In this document: positions 1-12,900 of the stretch, in pieces | How positions within the stretch are numbered: the first letter of the stretch is position 1 | Layout of the letters: each line of letters begins with the position of its first letter | Assembly: GCA_021613535.1 (NCBI GenBank) | Contig: CP075495.1 | Coordinates: 6,510,001-6,574,000 of the forward strand | DNA length: 64,000 bases | Reading direction: 5' to 3' | DNA from: Adineta vaga | Taxonomy: Eukaryota; Animalia; Rotifera | The notes under the pieces: generated by a model | Told to the model about the DNA's origin: nothing | The model's input: only the letters and a program-made list of their open reading frames with translations | Databases searched by the model: none | Translations under genes and position numbers: made by a program

Positions 1-688
1 GAGCATAGTTATTTGCAGCATCTTCTTTACCTGAGATTAATTGTTCAGGATGAAATAATTTGGCATAAGGACCTCGTCGAATTTCATCTAACAGAAAATA
101 ACAAACATCTAATTATCAATCCGTTTCGCTACTCAATATTTACCAATTACTGATGGTTCAAGATCAATAAAAACGGCTCGAGGTACATATTGACCAGTTC
201 CTTAAATCAAAGTCATTCTTTTTTCTTTACATCATGATTATACAAAATCTTCTTACCTGTTTCACTGAAAAATGTACTAAATGATGTTTCCTTTGAATCT
301 ATACGATAAAATGTCATGTAATGATTTATATATATACAACAAGAGAACTATTCACAAACCTGAAATGGATTCTGAAAATGAAAAGACAAAAAATAAATTC
401 AATGATATAATCAATCTTTTTTCTCTTACTGATAATATGACTATTATCTCGTTCTTTACTGAATGTTCCATCAGGTTCAATACCATGTTCAAGACAATAT
501 AATTCCCAACATGCATTACCAATTTGAACACCTATCATACGTATGTATACATATTTATCTTAGTAATAAATCTAATGAACAATAATTACCTGCTTGACCA
601 ACATGAATACTAATACATTCTCGCTAGATAAAAGAAAATTTTCAAATTGTAATCAAATAAATTAGTATTTATAACATTTACATACCAT
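1..688 (-). CDS. TUBA: Alpha-tubulin, divergent isoform (5' exons only; gene continues off the left edge)
   Basis: Manual splicing gives ATG (686-688) followed directly by an intron, then [13 protein letters not shown]|[21 protein letters not shown]...SFSTFFSET|[19 protein letters not shown]|[29 protein letters not shown]. The MREC start and these motifs are diagnostic of alpha-tubulin. Confidence 0.96.
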
Positions 689-1554
689 TTTGATGCTGAC
701 CGTGAATAATCAAATAGGGTAAAGGAAGCGGATACGAGTACAGAAGAAAAAAGAATGATATTTGCTCGATTGCCTGTCTATACCAAATGATAGATAGAAC
801 GGCGACTACTATTCTCTCTTTACAATCGTTGTCTCTACTTGATGTACATTTTCTTCGTCTTAGTTTTCTCTTCTTTCTTGCTACCCACATCTTTTTTTTC
901 TTTTTTTTTTTGCTTATTAATATTCTGTTTGGTTGCTTGTGCACAATAGATAGATAGACGATGGTACATGTCTCTTATTTGGCTGCCCTTCTCATTTCTT
1001 CTTCCTTCCCTTATCCTTATTCATCCAATCCCAATGTCGACAGATTTAGTCTGTTCGATGAGGAAAGAAGAAGAAGAAAAAAACACAACAAATCTTATGA
1101 TAATATTACATCCCATGATTTCTCCGAAGGCTAACTGAATCATTATCATTGATAATTGTTCAATATTCCAAATACAAAGAATTCAACAGACCGAAAAAAG
1201 GACGTTGTTTGTTTTAAAAAACACACGCATACACACGCACACGATAGATATACACATAAAAAAGAAAGAAAGAAAGAACCGAATAAAGTGACAGAAAATA
1301 TAACAAACAACACTCAAAAAAAAAGATGAAGCAAGCGCACATCGGAGAGGGAGATATAACATAAACGAACAAAAAAAATGACCAGATCTATATAGTTAAG
1401 ACATTGAATATCAAAGATTTCAGCATATATGTATTTATTTTGTTTTTCTTTTTTCTAAAAAACTATACTTTTTGTAATTTGGCTTTTGTTAGATATCCGT
1501 ACTTTTTTTTTATTCTTTTTACTCTCCCTCTCTCTATGTACAACAAGCACAAAA

Positions 1555-4500
1555 TCAAAATTCGCGATCTTCCAAAAATTTATATTCAAATACAAAATTG
1601 TCTCGTTTCCGTGTTTGCCAACGTTCATAATCGAAAAATATATATGTGCCCTAAAATAAAACTTTAAGTCAAAGAAAAGAATAAGAATATTATGTTACTT
1701 GTTCATAATCATCTGTGATAGTTTTGGGTTCTTCATGTCGTTGAAACCACATCATATGTTTCGTATGGAAACGCCATGATTGTCGTTTCAATGCTTTCGC
1801 AGCTAAATATTGTGCTCGAGTTCCCTAGAAATTCAAACGAATAATAGTAGATTATCTTTTGATCGTATGTTTTTGTTTATACCTCCATGTAATAAAAAAC
1901 AAAAAATAGCGTATCAGGTGCTAAACGATAATAAAATTCTGGTGTATCACTACCAGCTGGTGGTGTTTGAGGATAGTATGAAATAATTTGAGAATTTGGA
2001 AGTGGACTTCTTCCATAGATACGATTCGCATTTGTTCTTTAGAAATAAAAAAAGAAAGATTATATATTTCGTTTGATAATATATATAAGATAGATATATA
2101 CCTTTGTCGTTCTGATTCTAATAATGATGGTAATTTTGCATAAGCTGAATTCAATCGATTGAGCATCCGTGTTTCTGCTGATGTTAAAGGTACACGATTG
2201 GTTTGGATCGATGGTGAATTGGATGATGTTAATAAATACCGAAGTGAATGATGATCAGGTAATTGACCAATAACACCACTGTTTGGTGATGAAAGATCTG
2301 TTAAATTATTAGTAGATAAAAATGATGTTGCTGACGATGATGATGATAGATTCGGGAGATTTGGGAAAGTATTATTATCAAGTAATGAATGTCCATCTGA
2401 AGAACCATTAGTCATTAATGATGTTGGTGGATTTACTGAACGATCATTATCAGATATTGGACGAGAAAGTAATGACGTTTGTGGTGAATTCATTGCTGTT
2501 GTTGAATCATGAGATGATGATGATGTTGTTGATGTTATATCATGAGGAATGTTTGAAGTTGGTAAAGTTGATCCTGGCCCTGAATATAACGATGATGGAA
2601 TTGTTGTACCATTAGCTAATGTTAATGTTGATGAAGTTGGTGCACTGATTTGTGAGATATTATTGAGAATATGCTGATTTAAAGTACCTAAACCATATGA
2701 AAAATGAAATATTAATCGAATATCAAATTTTATTTAAAAAAAAGCTTGTATACCTGTACGTTCATTGTTAGCTAATAAAGAGGGTGGATGAGAATTATTT
2801 GATGATGAACTAGTAGCTGTTATTGCTGATGACGATACTGATTGATTCGGTGTTGTACTATTAGTTGAATCGTTATTATTGATCGATGTTTGTCGTGACA
2901 TTTGTTTTGTTAATGGTGAAAGTATACTTGATTGTTTGGATGTTGATGTACTATTTGCAGTTGTTGGCGTTGATGGTAAAGTATTTTGTGAGACAATTGT
3001 TGAATACTGTAAAACAGGTTGAGTAGTTGTGGCTGTTGTTGTTGTTGTTGTTGTTGGATAAGTAAAATGTGGTGGTGCACTTGCTGAAAGTACAGGTGCT
3101 GATGACAGAGGTGTTTTGCTCGTTGATGAAACAACATTGGGTGATTGCTGATGCAATGTCGGATTTTTCGGTGATGATGCATGAGACGTACTTGTTGTTG
3201 ATGAACCATTGGCACCAGAATTTGTTCTAGATTATTTTAAAAAAACAAAAGAAAAAGATTGTTTATTTATTAAGATATTGATTTGCAGAATTCAAATACC
3301 GATTACGTTGCGATTGATTATCTTCTGATTCTGATTTATTTCGTTTTCGGTCATCGACTAATGATAGCACTTGCACTTGGTGAACTCGGTTGAGTTGATG
3401 ATGGTGTTGTTAAACCCAACACTGATTCACTATCACCATAATTCGAATTTGTAGTTGAAATCGGTGTACGTTCAGATCTATTTTAAACAACAAAATTACA
3501 GTTCTCTTCTTTAATAATTCGATTAAAAATCTCTTACGAATTATTTATTATTGAATATGAATGTAAACTTAATGATGTTGCACCGAGATCCAATAATGTA
3601 GTTGTATTTGAATTTAAACTACCACTCGTACCATTCAATAAGGATGAAGAATGAGGTTGCGTTGTTGGTACAGCAATAACTGGTGCTATACTTGTTAATA
3701 AATTGTCTAAATCAATTTCTTCATACATGGATTCATTTTCTTTGAAATCTGATTCTTGATTTGATTCAATATAATATTCGACATCCGCTCGTAAATTATG
3801 AATTGGTTTCACATCAAGTGCTTCATTATCAATAGCACGTAGAATTTTTTCCAACGATTCAATATGAAATTTATGTCTTTCAATTGAATGTCTTGTATCT
3901 TCCAGACGTTCTTGTTTCTAAAGAGAAGAACATTGTATAACAAAAACTTCTATTGATCAACTTACATCTTTATCTGATTTTTTCTTCTTCAAAGATGCAG
4001 ATAAAGTTTCAATATCTGCTTCGAATTTATCAATCTGAATATTTAATTCTTGTATCGCTTCCTAACAAGATACAGATGATAAATATATATATATTTTTTT
4101 CTCTATGAATTTCCATCTACCGTAATCCATTGTGTACATTCTTCTTTTTCTTTCTCTTGTGGATCAAGTTTTTGTCCAGCTCCTAGACCTTCTTTGCTAT
4201 ATGCTTTAGTTTTTGTTTCTCTTTCAACTACTTTAAATCTTTCCATTTGCTAGAAAATATAAATATACAAGTTTTGTTTTGTTTTTTCTTAATAATTTTC
4301 GAATAACAAACTTGTTCGATATTTTTTCTTGCTTCTTGCAATTGCTTTTTGTCTTTGATCTCTGTTGATGACATCCATGCTTTAATTTGATCACGTAAAC
4401 GTTGTAATTTTTTTATTTCTTTTTTCAATTCTTGTTCATATTTATCTTTCTGATTATGATTAGGTGCTGTATGAACCTAGATGAATTATTACAAAACAAA

Positions 4501-4695
4501 GTTACTTTTCTCGTTTTCTTTGTTGTAAAAAAAATGTCTGTTTTTATTTCTACCTTTTGCCAAATATCTTCAAATGTTTCAACACCTTCTGCTACTTTTT
4601 TTAAACAACGTTCAATTTCTCCTGCAAAAAGAATAGTTTGAAAATCGATCTTTTTGAATGAATAATTTACCGTGTAGTTTTCTCCTATCACCCAT
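1555..4695 (-). CDS. CNOT3: CCR4-NOT complex subunit 3 (Not3), multi-exon
   Basis: N-terminus [31 protein letters not shown]...[17 protein letters not shown] (Not3 domain), S/T/Q-rich linker, and C-terminal NOT box ([10 protein letters not shown]|[34 protein letters not shown]...[11 protein letters not shown]...[10 protein letters not shown]). Stop at 1555-1557. Confidence 0.96.
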
Positions 4696-4924
4696 TTGAA
4701 ATTGTTGAATTTATTTTCAATAATAGTATTAATAAAGAAAAGACACATAGAACACGATGGAAAACCTTCTTCTCTTCAAACTTGCTAAAGTGATAAGACT
4801 GTAAAATAATCTCTACAAAAATAAATAAATTTCTTTTTTTTTCAATATTGTTTATTATTATATGAAAGATTGCAGAAATTGTGCGAAATAAATAAACAAA
4901 AAAACACATAGCGAATGCAGAATA

Positions 4925-4980
4925 GGCGCGCCCGGTTGGACGAGTCACCAACCGATCGGCCTGATGACTCAGTGAGTCAT
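4925..4980. promoter_or_regulatory. GC-rich element with an inverted pair of AP-1/bZIP sites upstream of CNOT3
   Basis: ATGACTCA-G-TGAGTCAT perfect inverted repeat (4964-4980) and CGGTTGG-N8-CCAACCG inverted repeat (4933-4954), ~230-285 bp upstream of the CNOT3 ATG. Function is inferred. Confidence 0.4.
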
Positions 4981-6422
4981 ACATCGAAAGAAAAACATGT
5001 TTTTCAACAAATCATATATTACCGACACAGAGGTCGTAGAAAAACATCGCATTCAATATATATTGCATCATGAAATTCTTGCGTAAAAATGACTAAAGAA
5101 ATCTTTTTTTTAACATTTCGAAATTAAAAGTTGTTTTTTCAAACAAATAACCGTTGGCATAGATTGCAGTGTTCATAGTAACGGTTTTTCATTAATAAGA
5201 AAATATAAGCAACTGTCTCGAAATTGTTCAGTTACTCTAATTTGAAAAAGAAAGAAAAGTCAATCTTCATTATGAAATTTCTCACATACTCAAATGACCT
5301 AGTTTTAAGACAGACTACCTATATATTGATATGCTTGATTGAAATTTATGGGCGGATGAAATTTGTTTCAATTATAGTGTACTATTCGTTTTATTCGAAC
5401 GAATACTGTCCGTTAGATTGAGCAAAGATTCCACAATGATAAAAATAATCATATACAAATATTCAAAAACAAAACCTAACTGCTAGACATTGTTCTTTTC
5501 TTTAATTAACAGAGAAAGGAAATCTATCTGCATACGTAATAATGTGTTAACCGCGCGCTTCATAAAAAAAAGCAACAATAAGAGAAGAAAAAGAAGAAGA
5601 AGAAAAAGATATAAACGGTGTTTATATGAACGATGACCCATTCAATTAGATGGGTGTTGTCGGCTCTCTTATGGACTGATTAGTCGATATCTAACATGAC
5701 TTGTGACACAAGAGAGTGAATTGAGTATATATTGTGTGAAAGATGTTTCCGGTTAAACATCACTCCCTTCTTTTTCTTTCTTGCTTTCCTTGATTTTTCG
5801 TTGTCTATGTGTGAGTTAAATTTTTGATCTTTACTCTTTGTCGGCAATCGACAGGTATCGATTGATGTTTTAAATAGCAGACTAATTAACGAATAAAAAG
5901 AAAACAAAGTTATATTTGTAATTTTTTAAAATTTGTTCAGAGACATAACCGATAACACGGTATTTTATGTTTTGTCCTTTTCTTTTTTGTAACGTAATTC
6001 AAAAATAACGATCATTCAAATTTTATTATTAGCTACGATGGTTTCATCAGTATATGAAATTCGTTAATTTCTCCAACGATAATACTATATAGCCCTTATA
6101 AACGTACAGTTTGATTTAAATCCATACTAAGAGAAGAAGGAAAAAAAAGATTGTCACATGAAAATTTATCTTATCTATCGAGGTTTATCATGATCATTCG
6201 TTAAAGATAGAGCCAATTTTCCTCCTCTTCTTCTCTCTCTCTCTCTTTTTCCTTCTGCCACGTGATTTAACCAATCGTGTTCATTGAATATCCGCGGCCT
6301 ATTCATTCTCTCTCTCTCTCTCTCATTTCTCTCCGTACGTATATTGTGGTAGATCGTTTTTCACGTTACGTTCATTTCATCTCTTTTATTCATCATCTAA
6401 TCCACTTCAGATACAGCACATC

Positions 6423-8504
6423 ATGCCTAAATCAGCATCTCATCGTTATTCAACAGATAAATCATCACCAATATATCTTCGTCCAAGAAAACTATTTGTT
6501 GATGATGACACTGCTGATAATGATCTAAATATAAGAAATTCAAAATCATCGAATCATATTATAACAACAGCATTAGCTCGATTAACAACACGCACACCAC
6601 CATCTTCATCATCCCATCACACAGTTGTCATTAGAACAACAGTACAACAAACACCTTTATCTGCAAATAGAAAATTACAAATGATTGATGTCAATGTTTG
6701 TCAACAAGAAAATCATTTTTCAATAAAACGTATCAAACGACAAACATTAAATACTTGTTCACCAATATTCAATAAATCGACGCCAGTTCCCATTCGTCGA
6801 GTAAGAAATAGGATTTGAGAGAGATAAAATATTATAGATAATCAATTTAATTCTATTTAGGAATGTAATGTCAATCCGTTTATGACATTAAATTCAACAA
6901 ATGAAAGTAAACCACAGAAAAGAAAACGTTCATCATTAAAACAAATGTATGTTTCTTATAAGCATAGAAGAAAGTTCTTTTTATCTAATTGAAATATTTT
7001 TAGAATTTTTGATGAAGAAAATCTGGAAGAAAATTATCGAAGAAAAAAAGTAAACTTTTTTTTTCTAGTTTTATTCATTCCATTATTTTGTTTATTATTG
7101 AATAGCGTTTAGCTTTAAAACAATGTAATGTTCGTCGATTTAACGAAGAATTTCATACACAATCTCTACTGGGTTCGGGAGAATTTGGTAATGTCTATCT
7201 ATGTGTCAATCGTCTTGATGGTTGTGCATATGCAATAAAAAAATCTAAACGTCCAATTGCCGGTAGTTCATTTGAGTATGTTGAACAACTATCTTTATCA
7301 TTGTATTGAAATTAATTTATTTGTTTTATGTACAATTAGAATGCTCGCTTGGAAAGAAGTATGTGCTCAAGCTGTGCTTAAACATCAAAATATTCTTCAA
7401 TATTACTCAGCATGGGCAGAAGATGATCATATGTATATTCAAAGTGAATTTTGTAATGGTAGGTATAAGATTAATCCCATATGTTTCACATATGTCTTGT
7501 TCACACCTAATTTGTATTCTAATATGAATGTGTGAATTCATGATTTTCGTCTTTTTTCAGGAGGAAATCTAGCTGAACGTATACGTGATAATCATCATCG
7601 AAATTGTTATATGGATGAAAAAGTTTTACAAAAAATTCTATTACATATTGCAAATGGTTTGGCATTTATTCATTCGAAAAATTTAGTCCATCTAGATATC
7701 AAACCAGATAATATATTTATTTCTATTAATGAAGAATTAATGTCAGAAAAAAATCTTATTTATAAAATTGGTGATTTAGGACATGTGACAGATATTTATG
7801 ATCCATTTGTTGAAGAAGGTGATTCAAGATATTTAGCAAGAGAAGTTCTTCAACAAAAATATCAATGTTTACCAAAAGCAGATATCTTTTCATTAGCATT
7901 GACAATATTTGTAGCGGTAAGTAATGATGACGTAAGCATTTATTTTCATAATGATATTTTCGATTTGCTTTTCCAGGGTACAAATAGTATACTTCCTAAA
8001 AATGGTGACGAATGGGATCGAATACGTGATGGAAAATTACCAGAAATAAAACATTGTTCAGATGCATTTAATAATTTACTTCTTGTAAGATTAAGTTTTC
8101 CTTTTCTTTTATAATTCATTTTATTTTTATCATTGTTTGAATAGACGATGATCAAGCCTGATGTTAGTGAACGACCATCATCATCTGATTTAGCTGAACA
8201 TCCAGTAGTATCACCTGTGAGTGAACGTACGAAAATTGAATTATTCGATGAATTACAAGAAGAACAAAGAAAAAATTCTGTTTTAACAAAGTAAATTCGA
8301 TTGATTATCTCAAAATACAAAATCAAACATTAATTTTATTTTCATAGGAAACTTCTTGATTACATGCTGTTAGCTAATGAACTTGAACGTGTATGTTCTC
8401 AAATCCGTGCTGTTGATATGAATAAATCTCCTATTCCAACATCACCATCGCCATTACAACGTTCAAGTAGTGTTAGTGATATTCGAATAACATCAGTAGT
8501 ATGA
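6423..8504 (+). CDS. WEE1: Wee1-like protein kinase, multi-exon
   Basis: LGSGEFGNVYLCVNRLDGCAYAIKKSKRP, EVCAQAVL, YYSAWAEDDHMYIQSEFCNG, HLDIKPDN, YKIGDLG and EEGDSRYL are Wee1-specific motifs. Stop TGA at 8502-8504. Confidence 0.95.
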
Positions 8505-8921
8505 CGATAGACAAACAGATATGTATATAAATAAACAAAACACAATCAAGAGTATTTTCTTTTCTTGTTTAACTTATTTTTGCCCAAAAGAAAAACTTCT
8601 ATAATTATTTTTTTTGTCAAATTTGGTCAAATAAGAATTAATTCTATTGAGAATTCCAAAGAAAAGAAGAAATAATACGATTTTAACTTTGTTCTGATAC
8701 GTATGAGTGTGTGTGTCTGAATTTTACTCTTTTATCTTTCTTTGTTCAATTTGTTACTCTTCATGTATATTATTTCGTCTTCCTTAATGCCATTAATCAA
8801 TTGATGTACAGACTGTTTTTAACTATGTTACTCGTATCCGTTCCATTGTTTAACAAAACAAAAACAAATGTGTGTGAAAAAAAATGAACGAATTGTTATC
8901 TGTGTCTTTTTTCTTCTACTA

Positions 8922-8922
<1 letters not shown>

Positions 8923-8948
<26 letters not shown>
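8923..8948. repeat. (CT)n microsatellite
   Basis: ctctct run downstream of WEE1. Confidence 0.85.
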
Positions 8949-8953
<5 letters not shown>

Positions 8954-9925
8954 GTTCGGAATCGATTTTCTTCTATGAAGATAATCAAGCTATTTTCTTT
9001 CTTATTGATGTTCATTGTTTTTCTCTCTTTCTCTTTTTTCTCCTATGCTGATTATTATCTAGATGATATTATGTATACACCTGTGACACTTGGTTCTTTC
9101 TCTATATATTTCTTGTTGTTCTTTTTTTTGGCTCTTGAAAAATCATTGGAATAAAGGTTAAAGAAAGGTTTACATCCTAATGTATGAAAGCAATATTCAG
9201 AACACTTTTTCGAGATTTGTTATACGAAGCCATTGATTAATGAATGTATTGTTGTACTTGCTGTTTTTTTAGATTTATGCAAGTTAAGATATAGTAATAT
9301 TTACATACAACTGAAATGATTTCATTAATTAGACGGCGTTCATTTACATAATTTCATACCGGAGGAATGTTTGCTATTATTTAGTAATTTGTGATAATAA
9401 TTAGGAAAATGATTTCAATTCTTGAAATCAATGTATGAAAACTTCATTTCTTTCGGAAGTAAAAGCAATTTGAATACTATAGCGACATCTAGAGAAAAAC
9501 GAATAGTGTATTGATTCTATATAGTCAAAGAATTTTGTCTTAGTTTAATATTGACGAAGAGAGAATCATATTCGAGATTGAGTTATAATCAATATTGAAA
9601 AAAAACTTAAATGTCTGTATTTTTATTCGTAAGATAAGAATAGAGGACGCTTTTGCAAAGTAAGAAAAAACGTCTGACAACTATTGGTGTAAGAAAATAT
9701 CCATTAATAAAGGACTTTGACAAGTTTTTGTTTTGCCTTTTATTTAGGTAATACGAAAAAAAATTTATTTCCTAACTATCATTTTTCGTACTTTTAGATA
9801 TTTTACTGTTTCTAGTTATGCTAGAATTTGTTTAATTGTATTGTACACTGTAGATATAGAAGTAAATATTCTTTACGGAGTTACTTCAAGTTTGAAAGTA
9901 TTTTCGTAATTTCAATTTAGATTTG

Positions 9926-12900
9926 ATGAGTAATCGATCTAATACTCGTTGGGGTGCTCGACAACCACCACGTCGCGGGGGTGGCAATGGTGGTGGAGGT
10001 TACGATCAAAATTATGATGATTATAGTTACGGTCATCAAAATTATTCAGCCACTGGTTTCAATTATGATCCATATGATCAATCACAATCAAGTTATGATC
10101 GTAGTTCAACATCATCAAAACGTTATTCATCGAATCGAAATAATTATGAAGGAGGAAATTATCATTATAATCCTCCACCACGGCATGCAAAAGGAAATTT
10201 TGTAGAAAATAATAATCAGAATCAGAATCAGAACTATACTAACAAATCAAATACATCAGTAACAAAGAAGCCAACAAAAAAACAAGAATCGGAGCCAACG
10301 ACTCCATTGCCAACTAAAGAAGAAGAAACGGCAATCGGTAAATATTTTGTTCTAATTTTAGAATCTACACTATCACTTTTTGTTTCGTAGAAACACCATC
10401 TCCTCCATCGAAATCAATCGATGAATCAGCAGTTGTCACTCCAATCATCGAAGATTCTAAACCAATTGAAACACCAGTTGAAGAAACACCAGTAGCCGAA
10501 CCACCACCAGAAGAAAATCTTGATTTAATTCGTCAACAAATTACAAGTTATTTTAGTGAACGTCAAGATCGTTTGAAACAACGTCAGGAACTTCGTGAAC
10601 AAAATATTCAAGCTGAAAAAGTACGTCTAAATGCTGAACAACAACAACAAGCAATGACACGTTTAGATTCAAGTATTAAACGTATTCCACCATTTATTAA
10701 ACGTCTTCGAACATTAACTGAACAACAACGTGATGCACTTTGTCGTGATATGCAAGGATTAAATTTAACACGTTATATATCCGAAGTGGCAACCGCATTA
10801 ACCGAAGCGAAATTAAAAATGAGTGATGTATGGACATCAATCCAAATTTGTTCGTTTTTACATCAACGTTATCCAGATTTTTCTACGTCACTCTTTGAAA
10901 ATTGGTTAAGAGTTCTACAAAAAGAGACATTAAATGAAAATTTATCAAAAGTTCGTGTTGATTTAAGAATATATGCGGAATTAATTACTGTACATGTTTT
11001 ACCCATTCAACAATCAATCAATCATCTTTTAACAATCTTAACAGCGTTAATTAATAATGATAAAGATTTTTCCAATTTAAGTATTCTGATTAGTTTTTGT
11101 CGTGTATGTGGAGAAGATTATGCTGAAATATTTTCTAGTAAAATACGAAAATTAATCATTAAATTAGATGAAAATATTGAAGAAACAACAAAAAGTTCAT
11201 TTCATTCAAATGATTTAAAACATCAAATTCGACAGATGTTAGATGAATATTTTCAAAAATTATCGGTTTATCTAGTTGAAGAATATAAACAATTACAAAA
11301 ACAAGAACAATTAATGAAACGAAGCATGGAAGTAAGTTTAAAGTCAATGATGAATGAAAGGCGAATATGACTTATTCCTCTTTATCTTTCTTGTCTATTG
11401 AGATTTGTATAGATAATGAAAGAATTTTTATTTTTGGGTATTCTGTGATTGTATAATTTTATTATTCTGAGACTTTAAATTTATATGAATCGTTTATGTT
11501 TAGAATCGTGGTGAAATCAATCAAGAAATCAAGGATAAATATGAACAAGCGAATACAACATTTCAAAAATTATTACAAAATACAGAAACAATGGCTGATT
11601 TATTAGAACAAACAATGCCTGAATTGCCTATTGAAGGTTAGCTTTTTGTTTTTCAAAGAAAAAATTGCTCTTCTCAATTTGATCTTTATAATAAGAGAAT
11701 CGTTTCCCTTCGTTTTAGAAGTATCAAAAAAGACCAATGAACGTACTGGAATCGATTTTTATCTTCCTGGACGATCAGATGATGTAAATATTTAAATATT
11801 TTGAAACAATTATCAATTGTGTATTTATTAGGATCTTGGTGGAAATACAATGTGGGAAGATAGTGAAACAAAACAATTCTATGAGGAGATTCCTGATTTG
11901 AAACTTTTTCTTCCTCATTATGCATATCGTGAACCACTACCACCACCAACTCCAACAGCAACACCCGAAGGTGAATTGAATTTTTATATTTACAAAAAAA
12001 ACATTAGCATTGAGTTTTTGATTGTTCTCTCAAGAAACGGATACACTTGATTCTGTACAAATTGAACAAGAAATCGAAAAAGAAGCATTAGAAGTCACAT
12101 CATCAACAGCAGTTGATGTTGAAGAAGAAGATACAACATTAGCTGATATTGAAGGTAGGTTTTTTTCGTTAATGAAAGTTCTTCTTTTCTTTCACAAATG
12201 TCAATTGAACGATTGATTTTAGATGGACCTGAGGAAGATGTTGGAGCGAATAATATCAAATTAATTATGGATAATTTTATTACTCAATTACCTACATGTG
12301 TTAATCGTGAAATGATTGATAAAGTAAAATAAACTTTTCGTTAGAAAACAATTCTTCATTGTATATTTTCAGGCCGCTCGTGATTTTGCTACGAATTTAA
12401 ATACAAAACAAAATCGTAAACGATTAATTAAAGCTTTATATACAGTTCAACGTACATATTTGCATTTATTGCCATTCTATTCACGTTTAATAGCGGAATT
12501 AACTCCTGTTATGCCGGAAATTGGTAATGAATTAGTTCGTCTATTAAAAAATGAATTTCGTGCACATATTAAAAGAAAAGATCAAATCTATATTGAATCG
12601 AAAATCAAAACAGTCCGTTTTATTGGTGAATTGGTTAAATTTGGTGTGTTTCCTAAAACAGAAGCAATTAATTGTTTGAAAACATTATTAAGTGATTTTC
12701 GTCATCATAATATTGAAATGTGTTGTAATCTTTTGGAAACATGTGGACGATTTCTTTATCGTAGTCCCGATTGTCATCGACGAACAGAAATCATTCTCGT
12801 AAATGAATATATTCAAAAGATTTCTAATAAACATTTATTTCTTTTTTTGTTTTTCTTTACAGGAAATTTTAATGCGTAAAAAAGCCGTTTTAAATTTGGA

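Noticed and set aside
678-1667. ORFs 678-944 and 1404-1667
   Set aside because: Low-complexity translations of UTR or intergenic A/T runs, or antisense to CNOT3; no domain signal.
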